A stretch of DNA of 49,574 nucleotides from Octopus sinensis (GCF_006345805.1 NW_021834407.1:1-49574), one strand, 5' to 3'; shown: positions 23,275 through 35,133, numbered from the stretch's first letter. The notes: generated from the sequence alone by a model not told the origin. A program made the numbers and translations.

Positions 23275-23628
23275 TTTGGCTATGGCGAAAGAATGTATCT
23301 GGTGAACGCGTCTGAAAGGATTGGAGACAAACACTTTCCTCTCTGGTCAATCTCTCACCAACTTCTTCAAGTATCACTTGAAAAGGAAAGTGAGAGTAGA
23401 GAGGTAAGTTTTGTCTAGCGAGTGTTTTAAAAAAATATGGGTGAATGTAGCAAGGATGGCACGTATGAATGACGAAGCCACTTTGAGCATAATCCTATGA
23501 ACCCGGAAAAAATTAAAACAGAGAGTTACTTACTTGTAAATAAATGTGTTAACATGTGACATTATTGACCGAGGTTACCGTGGTCTTTTCCGTTGGCTTT
23601 TCTTTCCACTGATAAACCTTATCTGCTT
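23275..23628 (+). mobile_element. Tx1-clade copy 3 (short 3' fragment)
   Basis: Homologous to 22441-22795; begins right after (CTAT)n. Confidence 0.88.
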
Positions 23629-23773
23629 AAATGTTTCTTTATTAGCCACACAGGGTTGAACACAGACGGGACAAATTACAAAATAGAGCTTTACCTTTTG
23701 GGGAGAAAAAAAAGTGAGGTAGGTTTTTGATAAAAAGGGATCGTAAAAAGGAATGAAAACAAAAGAAAAAAAA
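23629..23773 (-). mobile_element. inverted Tx1 3'-terminal segment
   Basis: Reverse complement reads TTACGATCCC...AAAGCTCTA...CCCTGTGTGGCTAATAAAGAAAC, matching 22985-23131. Confidence 0.8.
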
Positions 23774-23804
23774 CGGCGTGCTAACGTTTCTGCAAGCTCA
23801 CCGC

Positions 23805-24090
23805 CTTTAGTGGTAGTAGTAATATTAACAATGATAATGGCGTCGGTGGTGGTGTAGGTTGTACAGGTGGTAGTAGTATCCTTGTAGATACTGTAAATGG
23901 TGGCGGTAATAGTAGGGTGGTGGTGGCGGGTGTGGTGATGTGTTGGTGGTGATTATGTTGAGCGTGTAGGGCAAATGATAGTGTTGGTAGTGAAGATAGC
24001 CGTGGTGGCGATGGTGGTATCGGTAGTGGTGATGGTGGTGGTTGTGCTTGTGGCGGAGATAGCGGCAGTGTTTCTTGTTATGGTGGTTGT
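23805..24090. repeat. degenerate (GGT/AGT)n tract
   Basis: Directly visible. Confidence 0.8.
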
Positions 24091-24321
24091 ACTGGATGAA
24101 CCAGTAAGCGCTGGATTAGCCATTAAGTAAAATAAGCACGTGCTTAGGGTATCAAGTGAAGTGGGGTCACCACAACAGAAATGGTAAATGGTTCACAGTA
24201 CCAAAGGAAATCACTTTCAACTTGCTAAAATGATATTTGAAGTGGTTTGTATGATTGGAATTATAATTTCGAAGTGTCCGTTGTGCCATAGTCAGGATCT
24301 AATCGCAAACTTTGCAATTTC

Positions 24322-24609
24322 CTCTTTTACTTGTTTTAGTCATTTGATTGTGGCCATGCTGGAGTACCGCCTTTAGTCGAGCACATCGACCCGAAGACTT
24401 ATTCTTTGTAAGCCTTGTACTTATTCTATCGGTCGCTCTTTTGCCGAACTGCTAATTTACGGGGATGTAAACACACATACCAACATCGGTTATCAAGCGA
24501 TTTGGGGGGGGGGGGGGGCAAACGTAGACAAACAAACATATACGCACACAGACATATATTATATATATATACATATTATATATATTATATATATATGTGT
24601 GTGTGTGTG

Positions 24610-24654
<45 letters not shown>

Positions 24655-24812
24655 TACGACGGGCTTCTTTCAGTTTCTGTTACCAAATCCACTCAGAAGG
24701 CTTTGATTGACCTGAAGCTATAGTGGAAGACACTTGCCCAAGGTGCCATGCAGTGGGACTGAACCCGGAACCATGTAGTTCGTAAGCTACTTATCACAGC
24801 TACTCGTACACC
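24322..24812 (-). mobile_element. SINE class B
   Basis: Reverse B consensus. Confidence 0.88.
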
Positions 24813-25100
24813 TAAAAAAAGGAAAACTTTTGAAATATGAATTAAGTAGAATATACCAAAATGAATGTTATTTTCCTTCCTACTTTCACTTTTGTTTCAT
24901 TTTGAAAAATAAAATTTCTTTTAAGCTTTATTATTGCATATATTTTGAACTACTAATATATGGGGGTACCAAAACCGCTTAAGTACTTAGGGCCTAATAC
25001 CTTGCAATTAAAAGAAAATGTATGAGAAAGCTTTTCAGATATGAATAAGGTGAAAATATACAGAAATAAACATTATTTTCCATCTTATCTTCAGTTTTTT

Positions 25101-25292
25101 TCTTTTATTATTTTACCTGTTTCAGTTAGTTGACTGCGGCCATGCTGGAGCACTACTTTTTAGTCGAAATAAACGACACCAGGACTTATGTTTGTAAGCC
25201 TAGTTCTTATTCTACCGGTCTGTTTTGAGAACTGTTAAGTTACGGGGACGTAAACACACCAGCATCGGTTGTCAAGTGAGGGTGGGGAACAG
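25101..25292 (-). mobile_element. SINE class B 3' half
   Basis: Reverse B 3' consensus. Confidence 0.8.
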
Positions 25293-25345
25293 ACAGACAG
25301 ACAAACAGACACACACACACACAACAGAAAATGGAGATAATATTC

Positions 25346-25678
25346 ATGATCAACAAATTCATTCGCATCAATTATCATTTATTAATAATTTACAAAAAGA
25401 CTGCATCCCGTCTAACAGCTGTTTCTGCAGCCAATGTTCTTTGGAATTACTATTATGATGTTAAGAGAATATTTATCACTGTTTGTAATAAAACTGATTC
25501 GAATCATAGAGTTTCATCAGAGGGGAAAATAATAAATAAAAAGAAGAGACAAATATTCTCTTAACATCATAATGGCAATTCCAAAGAACATTGGCGGCAG
25601 AAACAGCTGTTAGATGAGATGCAGTATTTTTGTAAATTATTAATAAATGATAATTGATGCAAATCAATTGTTGGTCAT
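25346..25678. repeat. long inverted repeat (arms ~129 bp, spacer ~76 bp); probable foldback MITE
   Basis: 25346-25474 is the reverse complement of 25551-25678 with roughly a dozen differences. Confidence 0.9.
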
Positions 25679-26096
25679 CAAAGGTGTTTTCTTTAAATTT
25701 TGATTCTTGATGGACTACTGTTTATCTTTGTGTTTACCTATAATCTAGGGGCATAATTTGTTTGCCCATGTTTAAATATAGGTAATAATATACTGGTAGT
25801 ATTTTGGATACTTTTACCCGTTAGACAGTTATTTTAACCTCTAACTCAACTAACCTTATATATATATATATATATATATATAAGGCGCAGGAGTGGCTGT
25901 GTAGGAAGTAGCTTGCTTACCAACCACATAATTCCGTGTTCAGTCCCACTGCGTCGCCCCATGGGTAAGTGTCTTCTACTATAGCCTCGGGCCGACCAAA
26001 GCCTTGTGAGTGGAGTTGGTAGACGAAAATTGAAAGAAGCCCGTTGTATACATGTATATTGCAATTTTTGAAAGAAGCCCGTCGTATACATGTATA

Positions 26097-26274
26097 TTGC
26101 AATTTTTTTCCCTCTGTCCTCCCACCTAGGGATCTTTCTTTCTCCTATGTTTCCGACGAAGAGCTCCGCTCGAAACGTCATACCCTCCTTCTTCCCTTCT
26201 TTCCTGAGCGCCCAATAATACTTATTTGTTCCACATCCTCGCGTTGTTGTCTTTTTGTTTTCTTGTTTGGATTA

Positions 26275-26280
<6 letters not shown>
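26097..26280 (+). mobile_element. Penelope-like terminal fragment (type 1)
   Basis: Homolog of 1285-1472; a 38-bp tandem duplication (26030-26105) lies at the left junction. Confidence 0.6.
26149..26183 (+). ncRNA. minimal hammerhead-like motif
   Basis: GUUU-CCGACGA-A-GAGC(UCC)GCUC-GAAAC-GUC-AUAC; GUC triplet, one stem I mismatch. Confidence 0.5.
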
Positions 26281-26309
<29 letters not shown>

Positions 26310-26779
26310 GTGTGCGTGTTCGTGTGTCTGTGTTTTTCCTCCAAACATCGCTTGACAACCGATGTTGTTCGGCAAAATAGACCGATAGAATAAGTACTAG
26401 GCTTCCAAAGAATAAGTCCTGGGGTCGATTTGTTCGACTAAAGGCGGTGCTCCAGCATGGCCACAGTCAAATGACTGAAACAAGTAAAAGAGTAAACGGT
26501 AAAGAATTGAAAAATTGACTGTTTTGTAAATACGAGTGTACGAGCCTGTGGGCGCAATGAAATGGGCTCGCTGGCGCAATTGCGCCCGCAGACGGAGGTT
26601 TCTCCACCCCTGTCTTAAATCATGGCTACGTTCAACAGTTGTCTAGGGACCCAACGGAATCTAGAGACCCGTTGCTAATCTTATGTAAGCAGCGTTTGTG
26701 TATGTACTGCGGTGTGTGTGTATGCGGGGAGATAGCCCCCACCACCACGACCATTGCACTGTTTTACCGGGGAAGGGGT

Positions 26780-27178
26780 AGGGGCAACAATGCTGTTAAA
26801 AAGGAACTGGTTGTTGTTGCTGCTATTGTTGTTGGTGAAGTAGATGGTTGCGTCGATGGCAGTGGCGATCTTGATGGTGTCGGTGTTGGCGCTGTGGTCG
26901 GTGGTGGTGTTGGAGTTCGTGTTGGCGGGGGGAGGGTGGGATGTTAGCCATTGTAGTCGTGTTGGTAATCGTATTGTCGTTATTGGTGGTTGTGTTACGA
27001 GTTTTGTGGTGTTGACGGTGGAGAGAGTCGTAGTAATAGTAGTAGTAGTGGTGGTAGTGGAGGTAGATATACTGGTGGTGGTGGTTGTGGTGGTAGTCTT
27101 AATAGTAGAAGTAGTAGTAGTAGCAGCAGCAGCAGTGGTGCTGGAGAGGTGGTGGTAGTGGTGGTAGTAGTACTAGTG

Positions 27179-27212
<34 letters not shown>

Positions 27213-28481
27213 CAGCAGCAGCAGTAGTGGTGGTGGTAGTGGTGGTAGTGGTGGTGGTAGGGGTGCTGGTGGTGGTGGTGGTACTGGTGCTGGTGGTAGT
27301 AATAATTGTAGAAGTGGTGGTGGTGGTTGTGGTAGTACTGGTGGTAGTGCTGATGGTGGTGGTGGTTGTAGTGGTGGTAGATGTAGTAGTAGTGGTGGCA
27401 GTTGTGGTGGTTCCTTTTTATACTGGTGCTGGCGGTAGTATTAGCGGTTGTAACAGTCGAGGTAGTGGTAGTCACGGCGATGGTGGTCGTTGCTGTTGTG
27501 ATGGTGGTGGCGGTGGTAGTTGTAAGTGTTGGTGGCGGCGGCGGCGATGGTGGTGCAGCGGAACTTTGTAACAGAAGCCGAAACCCCAAGAGGGAACGGA
27601 AGCGGGTGAGGAGCAGGCAAGCAGGCAGGCAGGCAGGCAGGCAGGCGGACGGGTAAGGCAGGGTGCGTGGGTGGGGCGGGTGGGGGTAGGGAGGGTGCGT
27701 GTGTGTGTGATTCTTGTGCGGGGGTGGTTGGCTGTCAAAGAAACGGGGTCCCGGGTGGAGGACGGGTAGCAGGGAGATATTTGTCAACCTACTTGTCAAA
27801 CGGAGACGACAGTAAAACGTGATGTAGGAAGTGTAGCGGGGGTGGTGGTGGAGGGTGGAGAGGAACGGAAGTGTGGTGGGTCGCTGGTGGAGGGTGGGGG
27901 TGGAACGAGGGAGGTGGGTTGTGATGGTGATGGTGATGGTGAAGGTGGTGGCTGCATTGTTGTTGTTGCTGGTAGTGATTGTGGGGTAATAGTTTTGGTT
28001 ACAACACGAGCAGTGGTGGTAGTGGCGGTGGCAGTGCTGGTTATTGTGCTAGTATTAACAGTGGTGGTGGTAGTAACAGTTGCAGTACTAGTATAACAAT
28101 GGTGGTGGTAACGGTGGTAGTGGTGGTAGTGGTAGTGATGTGGTAGTGGTTGTAGTGGTGGTGGCAGTAGTGGTTGTAATGGGAGTATAGTAGTGATGAT
28201 GGCGGTGGTTGTAGTGGTGGTAGTAGTGATGGCTACAGTGTTAGTATAACCGTGGCGGTGGTGGTGATGGTTGTGGCGGTGGCGGTGGTACTGGTGGTAG
28301 TGGCGTTGGTAATAGTAGTGATGGAGTGGAAGCAGTGGTAGAGGTAGAAGTAATGGTGGTAGTGATGAGTGATGGTAGTGGTGGTGATAGTGGTGGTGGT
28401 GGTGGTGGTGGTAGTAGTGAATAGTAATAGGAGCAACGGTGCTAGTATTACTAGTGGTAAAAGAGGTGGTGGTGGTAGTAA

Positions 28482-28519
<38 letters not shown>

Positions 28520-28540
28520 ATAGTAGCAGTGGTGGTGGTT

Positions 28541-28600
<60 letters not shown>

Positions 28601-28990
28601 GTAGTAGTGTAGTAGTAGTAGTAGGTGGTGATTATCGTTCTTGTAGGCCCCGAATCAGCATTTCCAATAAAAGGCTTTCCAGCTATGACCACCCTGTATT
28701 ATTTTTAGTGATAAAGAGTAATTAGGACCACAACATCTAAAGTATCTTTTTTCTTATATAAGACAGGAGGTGCGTAATTTGAGGGAGATTTGATTGCTAT
28801 TTCTAGCAGATCAAATGACCGTGTACAGGCTCATTCGTTGGCACGCGGACTCTTGCGGTGGCGACAGCGTTGTTGGGGTAGTAGTGCATGTAGTAGCAGC
28901 AGCAGCAACATTAGTAGTAGTATTAGTAGTAACAGGAGTAGTAGCAGCAGTTGTAGTAGTAGCAGCAGCAGTTGTAGTAGTAGTAGTAGT

Positions 28991-29030
<40 letters not shown>

Positions 29031-29031
29031 C

Positions 29032-29095
<64 letters not shown>

Positions 29096-29114
29096 CAGAA
29101 GCAGTAGTAGTAGC

Positions 29115-29146
<32 letters not shown>

Positions 29147-29170
29147 AAGTGGTGGTGGTGACGGTTAGAT
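26780..29170. repeat. 2.4-kb degenerate (GGT/AGT/GCA)n field with a unique GC-rich core at 27560-27840
   Basis: Directly visible. Confidence 0.9.
27661..27695 (+). other. potential G-quadruplex motif
   Basis: GGGTGCGTGGGTGGGGCGGGTGGGGGTAGGGAGGG: seven runs of at least 3 G with short loops. Confidence 0.6.
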
Positions 29171-29424
29171 TAGTTCTCTTGCGCTTATTAATGATTAGAG
29201 CACGTTGGTATGGCGGTTGTACTGGTGGTGACGTTTGGCTGCAGGTGTAAAATTTCTACATACATGCATAATCACACACACACACACATACACACATACA
29301 CACACAGACACAAGCGCGCACATACGCATATACATAGACATACTCACTCACACACATACATAAACAATCACATACATTCACGCATGTATATTAGACTAAG
29401 TACGCCAACAGACACAAAATGGTC

Positions 29425-29462
<38 letters not shown>

Positions 29463-30297
29463 TACGTAGGAACAAACATTCATACTTACGAGATGATTGC
29501 CTCATCTTCTCAGAGGACAGCAGTCTCACATTTAGTGAGATATCTGTGCATCGATGGATTTAAGTGGCAAAAGCTTGTACAACACGTTTTCACTCACTCG
29601 GTTGTCTTAATAGGTTCCACGCAACCTCAAAACAGCCGGACTAGCATTACTCAAACAACGATCAGCAACCCCCCACCATAAAAAAAAAGACACATAGGCA
29701 TATTTCCCGAAGACATGAAGACAGTAATATCGAACTGAAGCGGTGCCTCTCTTGGATTCGTGACTGCTGCATCATCGCTATTTCGATGTCAATGCATTTG
29801 CAATCCAAGAATAGGAGATTGCTACTAAATACAATGAGAAACGAAAATAAAAACAAAAACATAAACATAGAAACGAACATTTTTTTCGGACAACGAAAAA
29901 AAAAATGGAGTCATACAACATAAAGAATATTCGCCTTCTTCAGTTGTACATGTTTCAACTACTCAACGTTCGAAGGCAAGGACAAGACGCGACTTCGTTG
30001 AAACAATCCTTCACGCAAAGCAAATTAAATAGAATTTGTGATTTTTTGCGGAGGGTGAAAATGGTAGCAAGAACAGGACAGTGAGAACAAAACAGTAAAA
30101 AAAAAAAAAAAAAAAGTAGAAAGAGTAAAAGACAGAACAATGAGAACAATACAGTAAAAACAAACGATGAGGGTTGTTAAGCCAACACGATGTAAAACCT
30201 TGTCGTCCATTTGATGTCGTTGTTTGAGATTTGATTGCAACTCGTATGCAATAAAGCAAAACCAATCAACATCAATGATAATGATGATACTACTACT

Positions 30298-30351
<54 letters not shown>

Positions 30352-30367
30352 ATAATAATAATAATAA

Positions 30368-30922
30368 TGCCCTGACGCAGTACCAGACAGTGGCTCTCAT
30401 GGCTTCTGATCTTAACTGATTGGAAGTGTTATCATGTACATTGTTTTGTCTTGGTATAAAAGATGGGCTACAGCAAATATTCTGCTCAATACCACAGATT
30501 TGCTTGTCAGTTGTTTGACCTTAACCAGTTGACTATGTCCCTTAGTAGCTGATGATATGTGCATCTCTGATCACAGGCAGAAGTAGTGGGGAAGCATCAT
30601 AGCCGTGCGTTGAAAGGAATTCTTAGAGGTTTGGATAATTCACCTTTGGAAACATGGGTGTTTCGTTCAACATCCTTAAATGATCCTTATTCAAGGACCT
30701 TTTGAGCGGGATGGGCTACTCGACCCGAAGAAAATTCTAACTTGGTCCCACCTGCAAGCTCATCCGCTGCTCATCTTGATATGAGATCACAATGTCGCGC
30801 ACACATGGTTGTGATGCATGTGCCTGGTGTCCCCTTATCAGACGGGTAGTCATGATGGGTATACTGGGCTTCGTATATTTTACTCCAGTGTCACTTTGAT
30901 GGCATGCACTGCTCTCTCACTC
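30368..30922. mobile_element. 555-bp unclassified non-coding element between (TAC)n(TAA)n and (AAT)n
   Basis: Left end recurs at 18942 and right end (CTCTCTCACTC) recurs at 31181, each adjacent to TAA/TAC repeats. Orientation unresolved. Confidence 0.7.
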
Positions 30923-30941
30923 AATAATAATAATAATAATG

Positions 30942-31082
30942 AGTAGCTTGCTTACCAGCCACATTGTTCCGGGTTCAGTCCCACTGCGTGGCACCTTGGG
31001 CCAGTGTCTTCAACTATAACCTCCGGCCGACCAAGGCCTTGTGAGTGGATTTGGTAGACAGAAACTGAAAGAAGCCCGTCGA
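30942..31082 (+). mobile_element. SINE class B head, interrupted
   Basis: B consensus up to GAAAGAAGCCCGTCG. Confidence 0.85.
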
Positions 31083-31093
31083 CGCTGGTGTGT

Positions 31094-31181
31094 TTATCAG
31101 ACGGGTAGTCATGATGGGTATACTGGTCTTCGTATATTTTACCCCAGTGTCACTTTGATGACATGCACTGCTCTCTCACTC
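31094..31181. mobile_element. terminal fragment of the 555-bp element followed by (ACT)n(AAT)n
   Basis: Matches 30835-30922. Confidence 0.8.
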
Positions 31182-31183
31182 AA

Positions 31184-31224
<41 letters not shown>

Positions 31225-31257
31225 CTCCTACTACTACTACTACTACTACTCCTACTC

Positions 31258-31339
<82 letters not shown>

Positions 31340-31545
31340 TCCTTTCTACTATAGGCACAAAGCTTAAAATTTTGGGACGTGGGAGGAGGTGTAGTCGATT
31401 ATACTAAACTGGTACTTATTTTATCGATCCCAAAAGGATGAAAGGCAAAGTCGACTTCGACGGCATTTGAAGTCAGAACATAAAGACGGACGAAATATCG
31501 CCAAGCACTTAACCCGACGTGATAACGATTCTGCTAGCTCAAAAA
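31340..31545 (-). mobile_element. SINE class C variant
   Basis: Reverse C core AAGGATGAAAGGCAAAGTCGAC with the alternative TTCTACTATAGGCACAA tail. Confidence 0.75.
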
Positions 31546-31884
31546 GATTCTGAAAGTGCAAATATATACCTAGCCTGGAGTTAAACAACAAAGACAACAA
31601 CAACAACAACAACAATTGCAGCAGAAGCAACAGCAGCAATTGATCATTCAACCAATTGACAATAAAACCTGTAATTATGCAACATCTGTTGTTTAGCCTC
31701 AGGTAAATCCTGATCGAGTAAAACTTCAATCCAAAGAATTCCAGCTGTGACCAACCTGCCTTTGTATAAGCATGAATTTGAAGATTTGGCTGTTATTTCT
31801 AGCACGCTCAATATCCATTTATAGGCCCCCTGTCGTTGGTTCGTAAATACCTGCTGTTGAATGTGCTTCTGTGGTTTCTGTTTT

Positions 31885-32690
31885 AGTTGCTCCAGTCATT
31901 GAACTGCGGCCATGCTGGGGCACCACCTTGAAGGGCTTTAATCGACCAATTTCACTTCCTGTACTTATGAAGCCTTTTGAAGACTGATACTTAACCTATC
32001 ATTCTTCTTTGTCAAATCACTATGGTTACTTGGACGCAAACAAACCAACGTCGGTCGTCCAACGGTGGCAAGGCGTGTGACAAACACAGACACAGATAAA
32101 CATATAAACATACACAGATAAACATATCCACACACACATATGTATACACACGCATACACATTCTTTTATTTTTTTGTAAGCCTGGTACTTATTCTATCGG
32201 TCTCTTTTGCCGAACCGCTAGGTGGCTGGGACGTAACCACACCAACATCGTTTGTCAAGCGATGCTGTGGGGACAAACACAGACACACACACATACACAT
32301 ACACACACACACATATATATATATACGACGGGCTTCTTTCAGTTTCTATCTACCAAATCCACTCACATGGTTTTGGTCGGTCCGAGGCTACAGTAGAAGG
32401 CACTTGCCCAAGGTGCCCCACAATGGGACTGAACCTGGAACCATGGTAAGCAAGCTACTTACCATACAACCACTCCTGCACCTATACATAAACACACATA
32501 CACATACACATAAACACACACACACAAACGCACGCACGATCCCCTTCATATATTTACTTACAAGACAAGGCATTGGTCGGCTAAGGGTTACAGCAGAAGA
32601 CACTTGCATAAAGTGCCGCGCTGTGGAACTGAACACGAAGCCATCTGATTGCAAAGACAGTTTCTCTAACCACACAACCGTGCCTGCGCC
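31885..32690 (-). mobile_element. three stacked SINE class B pieces (31885-32095, 32173-32482, 32565-32690)
   Basis: Reverse B consensus segments. Confidence 0.75.
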
Positions 32691-32784
32691 TGCGCAAAAT
32701 TATTGAGAAACACACATCGCTAATAGGCCTCCAATGATGTCATTTGAAAAGTTTCATTTAAAGACATAAAACAGGCTTTACTAT

Positions 32785-32935
32785 TTCCTTATTTCTTTAC
32801 TGCCCACAAGGGGCTAACCGTAGAGGGGACAAACAAGGACAGACAAAGGGATTAGGTTGATTACATCGACCCCAGTGCGTAACTGGTACTTATTTTATAC
32901 GGACACCGAAAGGATGAAAGGCGCCGGAATTTGAA
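32785..32935 (-). mobile_element. SINE class C 3' part
   Basis: TATTTCTTTACTGCCCACAAGGGG...AAGGATGAAAGGC. Confidence 0.8.
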
Positions 32936-32993
32936 AGGCTTTATTATTTCCATGATCCAAAATAGGAGGCATCTCGAGTCGACTGACCTGCTG

Positions 32994-33034
<41 letters not shown>

Positions 33035-33053
33035 GCTACTACTGCTGCTACTA

Positions 33054-33097
<44 letters not shown>

Positions 33098-33424
33098 ACT
33101 GCTACTACAGACACACATCCGCACGCACACACACACACACATACACACAAACATGCCAGCACACAAACACACACACAAACGCACAATACATACATACAAA
33201 CGCATACATACAGACATGTACACACATACACACGTGCGTCCACTCGCTCACATGCACACACGCAGACGCACAAACTCTCACACACACACGCACACACATA
33301 CACACGCACACGTATGTATACACACACACATTATTTATTGCTGTCGTTGAAATCGTCTTTAATTTAGATGACAGTTGTCTCAAGTACAGCACCAGTCCTT
33401 TACCTGAAACGAAAGAATATGAAG

Positions 33425-33635
33425 GGGTGGTGGAGAGAGAGAGGGAGAGAGAGAGGGAGAGAGGGAGCGCGAGAGAGAGAGTGAGTGAGAGAGAGAGAGC
33501 AGAGAGAGTGAGAGAGAGGAAGAGAGAGAGAAAGAGAGAGAGGAATCGAAAGAGAAACAGACAGAGGGATAGATAGATAGACAGATAGATAGATAGATGA
33601 TAGATGGATAGATAGATAGATAGATAGATAGATAC

Positions 33636-33668
<33 letters not shown>

Positions 33669-34090
33669 AAGACAGATAAATAGAGAGATAGATAGACAGA
33701 TAGATAGATAGATACACAGGTAGAGAGAGAGTGACAAAGCGATGAATAGATTGATAGATAGACAGATAGAGACAGATAGACAAATACATAGCTAGATATA
33801 TAGATTGAGAGACAGAGAAAGAGAGAGGGAGAAAGAGAGAGAGGGAAAAAGAGAGAGAGAGAGGGGGAGAAAGAGAGAGAGAGGGAGAAAGAGAGAGAGA
33901 GAGAGGGAGAAAGAGAGAGAGGTAGAAAGAGAGAGAGGGAGAAAAAGAGAAACAGACAGAGAGTAGATAGATAGACAGATTGACAGGTAGAGAGAGAGAA
34001 AGAGAGACAGGCAGATAGACGGATTGCTAGATAGATAGAGACAAACAGAAAGACAGATTGATAGATAGATAGATAGAGAGAGAGAGACGC
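33425..34090. repeat. (GA)n/(GATA)n/(GACA)n purine tract
   Basis: Directly visible; an unoccupied GATA array. Confidence 0.95.
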
Positions 34091-34320
34091 TGTGAAACAG
34101 GTCTCTCAGTAGATTTGTATGTCGTTTGAAACTATCAGATACGTAAATCGCAAATCGCATTAGAAATCAAGTGTTATAGACACACTTCGAATGAACTGGG
34201 ACTGATTTTCTTAGAATAATACCTAAGTATATAAATAAACAAACAACCAAATAGAAAGCAATTGCTGCCCTAACCACTGGGCCATTGCGCCTCCACTATT
34301 GATCATAGATTTATATAATA

Positions 34321-34560
34321 CAGTAATACCTCGCAGTACGAGTTTAGTTCGTTCCGTGACAGAGCTCGTCTTATGGTTTACTCGTTTTACAAATCAAGTT
34401 TTCCCATTGAAATTAACTAAAATATAATTAATCCGTTCCAGTCCCACAAAACCACCCCAAAATGATTTCTTTTTTATGGGTTTTAAAACAGAAAATCTTT
34501 AGTTACAAGTAAAATGGCAATTACAAAAAAGAGAATGCAAAACAAATACGTAAACTGGTT
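34321..34560 (+). mobile_element. Tigger/pogo-like MITE 5' portion
   Basis: TA-CAGTAATACCTCGCAGTACGAGTTTAGTTCGTTCC; right TIR not seen. Confidence 0.5.
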
Positions 34561-34574
34561 TTATTAATAGAATT

Positions 34575-34715
34575 CTTTTCTACTCTAGGCACAAGGCCCA
34601 AAATGTTTGGGGCGGGGCCAGTCGATTAGATCGAACCTAGTACGCAACTTGTACTTAATTTATCGACCTCGAAAGGATGAAAGGCAAAGTCGACCTCGGC
34701 AGAATTTGAACTCAA
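34575..34715 (-). mobile_element. SINE class C variant
   Basis: Reverse C core with the TTCTACTCTAGGCACAAGGCC tail. Confidence 0.75.
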
Positions 34716-34739
34716 CAGACATATTTATATAAACAGTAG

Positions 34740-34876
34740 TCTTTCAATTTCCCTCTACTAAATCCACTTACAGGGTTTTTATCGGCCCGGGACTATAGTG
34801 TGCTGTGTGGTGGGACTGAACCCAAGACTTCACGGTTGGTAAGCAAGCTTTTTAACTACACGGCCACGCCTGCGCC
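34740..34876 (-). mobile_element. SINE class B head
   Basis: Reverse B head ending CCACGCCTGCGCC. Confidence 0.75.
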
Positions 34877-34889
34877 AACAAAATATGTC

Positions 34890-35120
34890 AGACCCAAGAA
34901 ATTATTGTCACCATATCTAGAACTTACAGGACCGGTTTCCCTGGCATATAAGTCCCCGAGATCACAACATTTCCCTTGAGCGGGACATCTCCAATCCACA
35001 GCTGAGGGAACCGAAGCAAGATAAAATAAAGCGTTTTTCTCAAGAACAACGCAGCATCCAGCCCGGAACCGAAACCACAATCTTGCAATCATGAGTGCAG
35101 CACCCAAACTACTAAGCCAC
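34890..35120 (-). mobile_element. SINE class F head with V-like tail, degenerate
   Basis: GTGGCTTAGTAGTTTGGGTG...TTCTTGAGAAAAACGCTTTATTT...GGGAAACCGG. Confidence 0.55.
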
Positions 35121-35133
35121 TTGTATAAATAAC

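Larger units (their letters stand above)
25884..26495 (+). mobile_element. SINE class B interrupted by a PLE-like fragment
   Basis: B head from 25884, insertion at 26097-26280, B 3' half resumes near 26320. Confidence 0.85.

Noticed and set aside
25505-25530. CTGATGA on the minus strand as another hammerhead (similar cores near 19130, 30550, 35760, 38755, 41521, 44885, 46367)
   Set aside because: No stem II followed by GAAA and no NUH/stem I pairing found.
26560-26612. hAT-like terminus CAGGGGTGG on the minus strand and palindrome GCGCAATTGCGC
   Set aside because: No partner TIR or TSD found; too short to call.
26844-29168. Poly-Val/Ser/Thr ORFs up to 298 aa
   Set aside because: Trinucleotide repeat field lacking stops by composition.
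29495-29548. 54-nt minus-strand cassette exon candidate (DISLNVRLLSSEKMRQSS); similar candidates near 36940, 37230, 39545 and 48830
   Set aside because: Splice-like motifs are frequent by chance in AT-rich DNA, the peptides are unrecognisable, and they do not chain into a coherent gene.
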